The notes beneath the pieces are model-generated. The model was not told the origin of the DNA and did no database searches. It saw only the letters and a list, made by a program, of their open reading frames with translations. 64,000 bases of DNA from an uncultured Gammaproteobacteria bacterium (GTDB lineage: Bacteria; Patescibacteriota; Patescibacteriia; UBA11705; JABHMO01). The stretch lies in NCBI GenBank assembly GCA_964486065.1, contig CAZAKN010000002.1, forward strand, positions 93,452 through 157,451, given 5' to 3'. The first letter of the stretch is position 1; every line of letters begins with the position of its first letter. The position numbers were made by a program, and so were the translations under genes. Below are positions 60,172 to 64,000 of this stretch, piece by piece.

Positions 60172-61686
60172 ATGTTTGTCAAAATATCCTCCTGTGTCAA
60201 TCTGGGATTGGACTCAGAAAAAGTTATCGTGGAAGCTGATTTGGCCGGTCGTCAAAAAACCAATTTTATAATTGTCGGCTTACCTGATACGGCGGTTCAA
60301 GAATCAAAGGAACGCGTCCGCCAAGCGGTGATCAACAGTGGCTTTCGTTTTCCCAGAGGTAAAACCATTATTAATCTGGCGCCCGCCGATATCCGCAAAG
60401 AAGGCCCAGCTTATGATTTGCCTATGGCTATCAGCGTACTGGCGGCGACCGAACAGCTGAATGGTGATTTTCAGGATTCTTTATTTATCGGAGAACTGGC
60501 TCTAAACGGTGACACTCGACATATCAATGGAATTTTACCATCCGTTATTTTCGCTAAAAAAGCCGGTTTCAAAAATATTTTTTTACCCCAAGAAAATTTG
60601 GACGAGGCTCGCCTGATCGGCGGGATTAACATTTTTGGAATAAATAATTTGAAACAATTACACTCTCATTTGATAAATGAAAAAAAGCTAAGTCCGGCAA
60701 CAAAAATCAGTGTTTTTGAACAAGAAAAAATTTTACCTCAAGACATGAAGCATGTTCAAGGGCAAGAACAGGCCAAGCGAGCTCTGGAAATCGCGGCTTC
60801 CGGCACTCATAATGTTTTAATGAGCGGACCACCCGGATCAGGCAAAACTTTATTGGCGAGAACCATGCCCGGTATTCTACCGGATTTAAATGAAGAAGAA
60901 ATAATTGAAGTCACGAAAATTTATTCCGTGGCCGGAATTTTACCTCAAGATCAACCGATAATTTCTTTGCGCCCTTTTCGTGCACCTCATCATACCAGTT
61001 CGGGAGTCTCTTTGGTCGGCGGTGGCAATTTTCCCAAACCCGGAGAAATCAGTTTGGCGCATCGCGGTATTTTGTTTTTGGATGAATTCGCTGAATTCCC
61101 TCGCGCGGTTTTGGAAAATCTTCGTCAACCGCTGGAAGACGGAATTATTTCCATTTCCAGAGCGCAAGGAACGCTGACTTTTCCGGCGCGTTTCACTTTA
61201 GTCGCGGGTATGAATCCTTGTCCTTGCGGATATTCTTCCGATCCGGAAAAAGACTGCACCTGTTCTCCGCATCAAATCATAAAATATCAGCAAAAAATAT
61301 CCGGTCCGATTTTGGATCGTATTGATCTTCATGTTGAAGTGCCTAGAATCGGTTTTGATAAACTTCAAGGAGAAACGGAAAATGAAAGTTCCGCAGAAAT
61401 AAAAAAGCGCGTAGTAAAAGCTCATGAAATTCAAAAACAAAGGTTCCTCAGTTTGCCCATACAATACAACTCGGAAATGGGACCGCAAGAAATTAAAAAA
61501 TACTGTCATTTAAATCAAGCTTCCGCAACGCTTTTGCGTCAAGCTGTTGATAATCTACATTTAAGCGCGCGAGGAGCTCACAGAGTATTAAAATTGGCGC
61601 GCACGATTGCTGACTTGGCAGAAAAACAAGATATTCAAACTGAACATTTAGCGGAAGCTCTACAATTTCGCAGTAAAAATACCTAA
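60172..61686 (+). CDS. YifB/ComM family Mg-chelatase-like AAA+ ATPase
   Basis: N-terminal Lon-like ChlI domain; Walker A GPPGSGKTLLAR; C-terminal ComM domain. Confidence 0.85.
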   Translation: MFVKISSCVNLGLDSEKVIVEADLAGRQKTNFIIVGLPDTAVQESKERVRQAVINSGFRFPRGKTIINLAPADIRKEGPAYDLPMAISVLAATEQLNGDFQDSLFIGELALNGDTRHINGILPSVIFAKKAGFKNIFLPQENLDEARLIGGINIFGINNLKQLHSHLINEKKLSPATKISVFEQEKILPQDMKHVQGQEQAKRALEIAASGTHNVLMSGPPGSGKTLLARTMPGILPDLNEEEIIEVTKIYSVAGILPQDQPIISLRPFRAPHHTSSGVSLVGGGNFPKPGEISLAHRGILFLDEFAEFPRAVLENLRQPLEDGIISISRAQGTLTFPARFTLVAGMNPCPCGYSSDPEKDCTCSPHQIIKYQQKISGPILDRIDLHVEVPRIGFDKLQGETENESSAEIKKRVVKAHEIQKQRFLSLPIQYNSEMGPQEIKKYCHLNQASATLLRQAVDNLHLSARGAHRVLKLARTIADLAEKQDIQTEHLAEALQFRSKNT

Positions 61687-61693
61687 ATTTAGG

Positions 61694-61731
61694 ACAATAA
61701 GTGAATTTTAGTTTGACTTATTGTTTTTTTT
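61694..61731 (+). terminator. intrinsic terminator after comM/yifB
   Basis: acaataagt-gaattttagtttg-acttattgt + ttttttt. Confidence 0.7.
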
Positions 61732-61804
61732 GTGCTAATTTTAGACATTACCTTTGTTTGGGTAGTTACATGAACTTTAAAAAGAACGCCATAAGGAGGC
61801 AACA

Positions 61805-62809
61805 ATGAAAAAGTGTCGCTTGATCTGTTTTTTGTTGGGTTTCGTGCTGATCACGGGATGCGCCCAAAAGCTCAGCCCATACGAAACGGCTATGAAAGAA
61901 AACCGCTATCTGGACGCCGCCTCGCTGGCGGAAAATCCGGAAGACAAAGAAGCGGTCTATCACGAAGCCATGCAAAACAAGGCGTATCTGGACGCCGCCA
62001 AAATCGCGGAAAAGCCCGAACACAAGGATCGCGTTTATCGCAAAGCCTTGTGGGCGTACATCCCGAATTTGGAGGCTATGAGCAAAGCGTCTGAAGATAT
62101 GCCGATGTTAAGTCGGCACTTGAACGCTTTGGAGAAACAATTCCAAAAGCTGGCTCAAGAAAAGCAGGCTGAAGAAGCAAGCAAACTGGAAAACCGCTTT
62201 CGCTCGGCCTTTGCTGAAGGTCGTTGGGAAGAGGCTGATACCTTGGCAAGAAAAGATGACCAACTTTGGAAAATCTTTCACGAAGCGCTGGTCAAATACT
62301 ACGACGACTACATGAAGGAAAAAAGGTACTCAGATGCCAAGTATGTGGCTTTACGCTTTTTGCAAGACAACGAAAAAGCGCGAGAAGCGGAAATTCAAGC
62401 CGAAGAACATCTGACTGCCTTGCTTGACGAGGCGAGAACCAAGCCACTCAGAAACGATGAACAAATCACGGCTTTTCAAAAAGCCTTTGACTTTGCTCGT
62501 CTCAACAAAGACGGCGAATACGCCGCCATCACCGAAAGCATGATGCAGATGAGTGCCGGCTACTACGCGGCCATGCTATTCTGGCGGATCAAGCCCAAAG
62601 AAATGGGTCATGCCAGAGCTCAAAAAGTCATAAGTGACTACGGTCTGACTTGGACCTATGTCAAACAGCTGAAAGGAAAACTGCGACGGGCTTGGTATCG
62701 TCGCAACCGTGCCTATAAGGAACTGCTGGAAAAACGCCAGCACGAGAAGGAATGTAAACTATCTCGTAAACAGGGGCGTAACCAATCCGGCCTTATGTGC
62801 AGTCGCTAG
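61805..62809 (+). CDS. hypothetical lipoprotein 1 (GC-elevated, strong SD)
   Basis: Signal peptide plus lipobox LITGC; AAGGAGG 5 nt upstream; GC visibly higher than flanks. Confidence 0.55.
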   Translation: MKKCRLICFLLGFVLITGCAQKLSPYETAMKENRYLDAASLAENPEDKEAVYHEAMQNKAYLDAAKIAEKPEHKDRVYRKALWAYIPNLEAMSKASEDMPMLSRHLNALEKQFQKLAQEKQAEEASKLENRFRSAFAEGRWEEADTLARKDDQLWKIFHEALVKYYDDYMKEKRYSDAKYVALRFLQDNEKAREAEIQAEEHLTALLDEARTKPLRNDEQITAFQKAFDFARLNKDGEYAAITESMMQMSAGYYAAMLFWRIKPKEMGHARAQKVISDYGLTWTYVKQLKGKLRRAWYRRNRAYKELLEKRQHEKECKLSRKQGRNQSGLMCSR

Positions 62810-62822
62810 AAAGGAGATGATA

Positions 62823-63686
62823 ATGCGAAATGTTATTTTGCTGTTCTTCACTTTCTGGTTAATCGGTTGCGCCGGAGGACCGGAAGTGAAAAAACGAGAA
62901 CTTTCCCAAGAAGAACGCGCTCAAATGCAATTGCAAATGCGCGTATTCGCCACAAAAACGGCTTGGGAAGAAAGTCTCCGCCAACAGGGGCTGAACCTAA
63001 GTCAAGAAGACTTGGCCACGGCTGAGATGCAGATCATGCTCATGCAGGCGAAATCGGCTTGGCAAAGAGCCACCGAAAATATGCCACCTGACGCAGACCG
63101 GTCACTCAGTGAAAAATGGCGAAACATGTTGGCGCGAGAAAACGCCAATCACTTGCAAGTCTTGATGAAAGAAGGGAATTGGGATAAGGCTTACACCTTT
63201 TCCAAAACCACAGCGGAAATGAATCGTGATTTTCAGCAAATCATGTTGAAATATTACGAACAGGACTTGCAAGACGGCGAATTCAACGACGCCTACCACA
63301 TCGGAAGCAACTTTTTGGAGCCACACGACAAGTGGGCGATGTTGGCCAGACAGTCCGCCATCAACCAACTCAATGAGTTGGTGCAAAAAGCGGAATACGA
63401 GAAAGCCTACGGATTTTCCTTGGAAAAAAAGTTGGCCATCGGCGAAAAAATGTGTTTCACTGCCGCCGCTTACTACGCGGCGCATCTGCACCTGACCACC
63501 GCGGTCGCGGAAATCCGTGAAATCCGCGTGCAGGAAATTGTGCTGAAACACAACCTGACCGAAAACTTCTTGGCGGTTATGATCAAGAAGCTCCAAGAGA
63601 TAGAAGACAAGAAGAAAAAACTCTTGGAAAAAAAAAAGCAAGCGGAAGAGAAAAGCAAGAAAAAAGCTAATCCCCGCTCACGATAA
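62823..63686 (+). CDS. hypothetical lipoprotein 2, paralog-like to lipoprotein 1
   Basis: Lipobox LIGCAG; AAGGAGA 6 nt upstream of the second ATG; shares the ..AAYYAA(M/H)L.. block with gene 1. Confidence 0.55.
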   Translation: MRNVILLFFTFWLIGCAGGPEVKKRELSQEERAQMQLQMRVFATKTAWEESLRQQGLNLSQEDLATAEMQIMLMQAKSAWQRATENMPPDADRSLSEKWRNMLARENANHLQVLMKEGNWDKAYTFSKTTAEMNRDFQQIMLKYYEQDLQDGEFNDAYHIGSNFLEPHDKWAMLARQSAINQLNELVQKAEYEKAYGFSLEKKLAIGEKMCFTAAAYYAAHLHLTTAVAEIREIRVQEIVLKHNLTENFLAVMIKKLQEIEDKKKKLLEKKKQAEEKSKKKANPRSR

Positions 63687-63705
63687 TTCCATCAACCGAA
63701 AACCA

Positions 63706-63736
63706 AATCCCCGACACTCTTGTCGGGGATTTTTTA
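63706..63736 (+). terminator. intrinsic terminator after lipoprotein 2
   Basis: atccccgaca-ctct-tgtcggggat + tttttt. Confidence 0.8.
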
Positions 63737-63750
63737 ATACTGTCTGAAAA

Positions 63751-64000
63751 TTATTTAATGTAAGACAAAGGATTGTGTTTAACTCCACCAACCATAACTT
63801 CAAAGTGGATATGTGGGCCAGTGGACCAACCCGTGGAACCCATGCCGGCAATTGTTTGACCTTTAACCACGGCATCACCTTTACTAACATAAAGCTTACT
63901 GGCATGAGCGTAAAGAGTGCGATAACCGTTACCATGGTCAATCACCACATTATAACCGTAACCGTTCGTCCAGCCGGAATAAACCACTGTCCCGTCATCC
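63751..64000 (-). CDS. M23 family (LytM-domain) peptidase, C-terminal part (gene continues past window end)
   Basis: ..GYGYNVVIDHGNGYRTLYAHASKLYVSKGDAVVKGQTIAGMGSTGWSTGPHIHFEV.. Confidence 0.75.
   Translation of the reverse strand, partial: DDGTVVYSGWTNGYGYNVVIDHGNGYRTLYAHASKLYVSKGDAVVKGQTIAGMGSTGWSTGPHIHFEVMVGGVKHNPLSYIK

Overview
The window reads as a low-GC (roughly 35-40% by eye), gene-dense bacterial chromosome segment with the hallmarks of a Candidate Phyla Radiation / Patescibacteria-like genome. Genes are compact, housekeeping proteins carry charged low-complexity extensions, a type IV pilus ATPase (PilB) is present, and the identifiable metabolism is limited to a H+-pyrophosphatase and rubrerythrin. 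Most of it is conserved core genes: rpoB (5' part), a Mur ligase, rbfA, nrnA, gyrA, rpsA, rny-ymdB, hup, hsp20, clpP, ftsK, rodZ-like-recA, efp, rpsF-ssb-rpsR, nusA, yidC, groESL with a perfect CIRCE operator, ychF, pilB, tsaE-tsaD, rpmF, hppA, tig, tsaC, rpsO-pnp, rbr, dksA/traR-lspA, comM/yifB, and a partial M23 peptidase. RNA genes are tRNA-Glu(UUC) and two tRNA-Arg (CCU, UCU), all on the minus strand. Features not explained by the core set: (1) a GC-elevated, strong-SD two-gene operon (unknown protein plus a divergent receiver-domain protein) abutting tRNA-Glu; (2) two tandem paralogous small-ORF cassettes sharing a conserved about 27-nt leader motif; (3) tandem paralogous GC-rich lipoproteins; (4) a repeat-dense 680-bp clpP/ftsK intergenic region with four copies of a 25-30-nt motif in alternating orientation; (5) a consensus promoter plus terminator enclosing an about 430-nt ORF-poor transcript next to perfect DnaA boxes; (6) a tRNA-Arg pair with a twice-repeated 20-bp perfect palindrome beside a XerC/D-like recombinase; (7) an HTH + unknown two-gene cassette between recA and efp; (8) an accessory patch of unknown small or membrane proteins between pilB and tsaE. 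No CRISPR array, rRNA or obvious transposase was seen.
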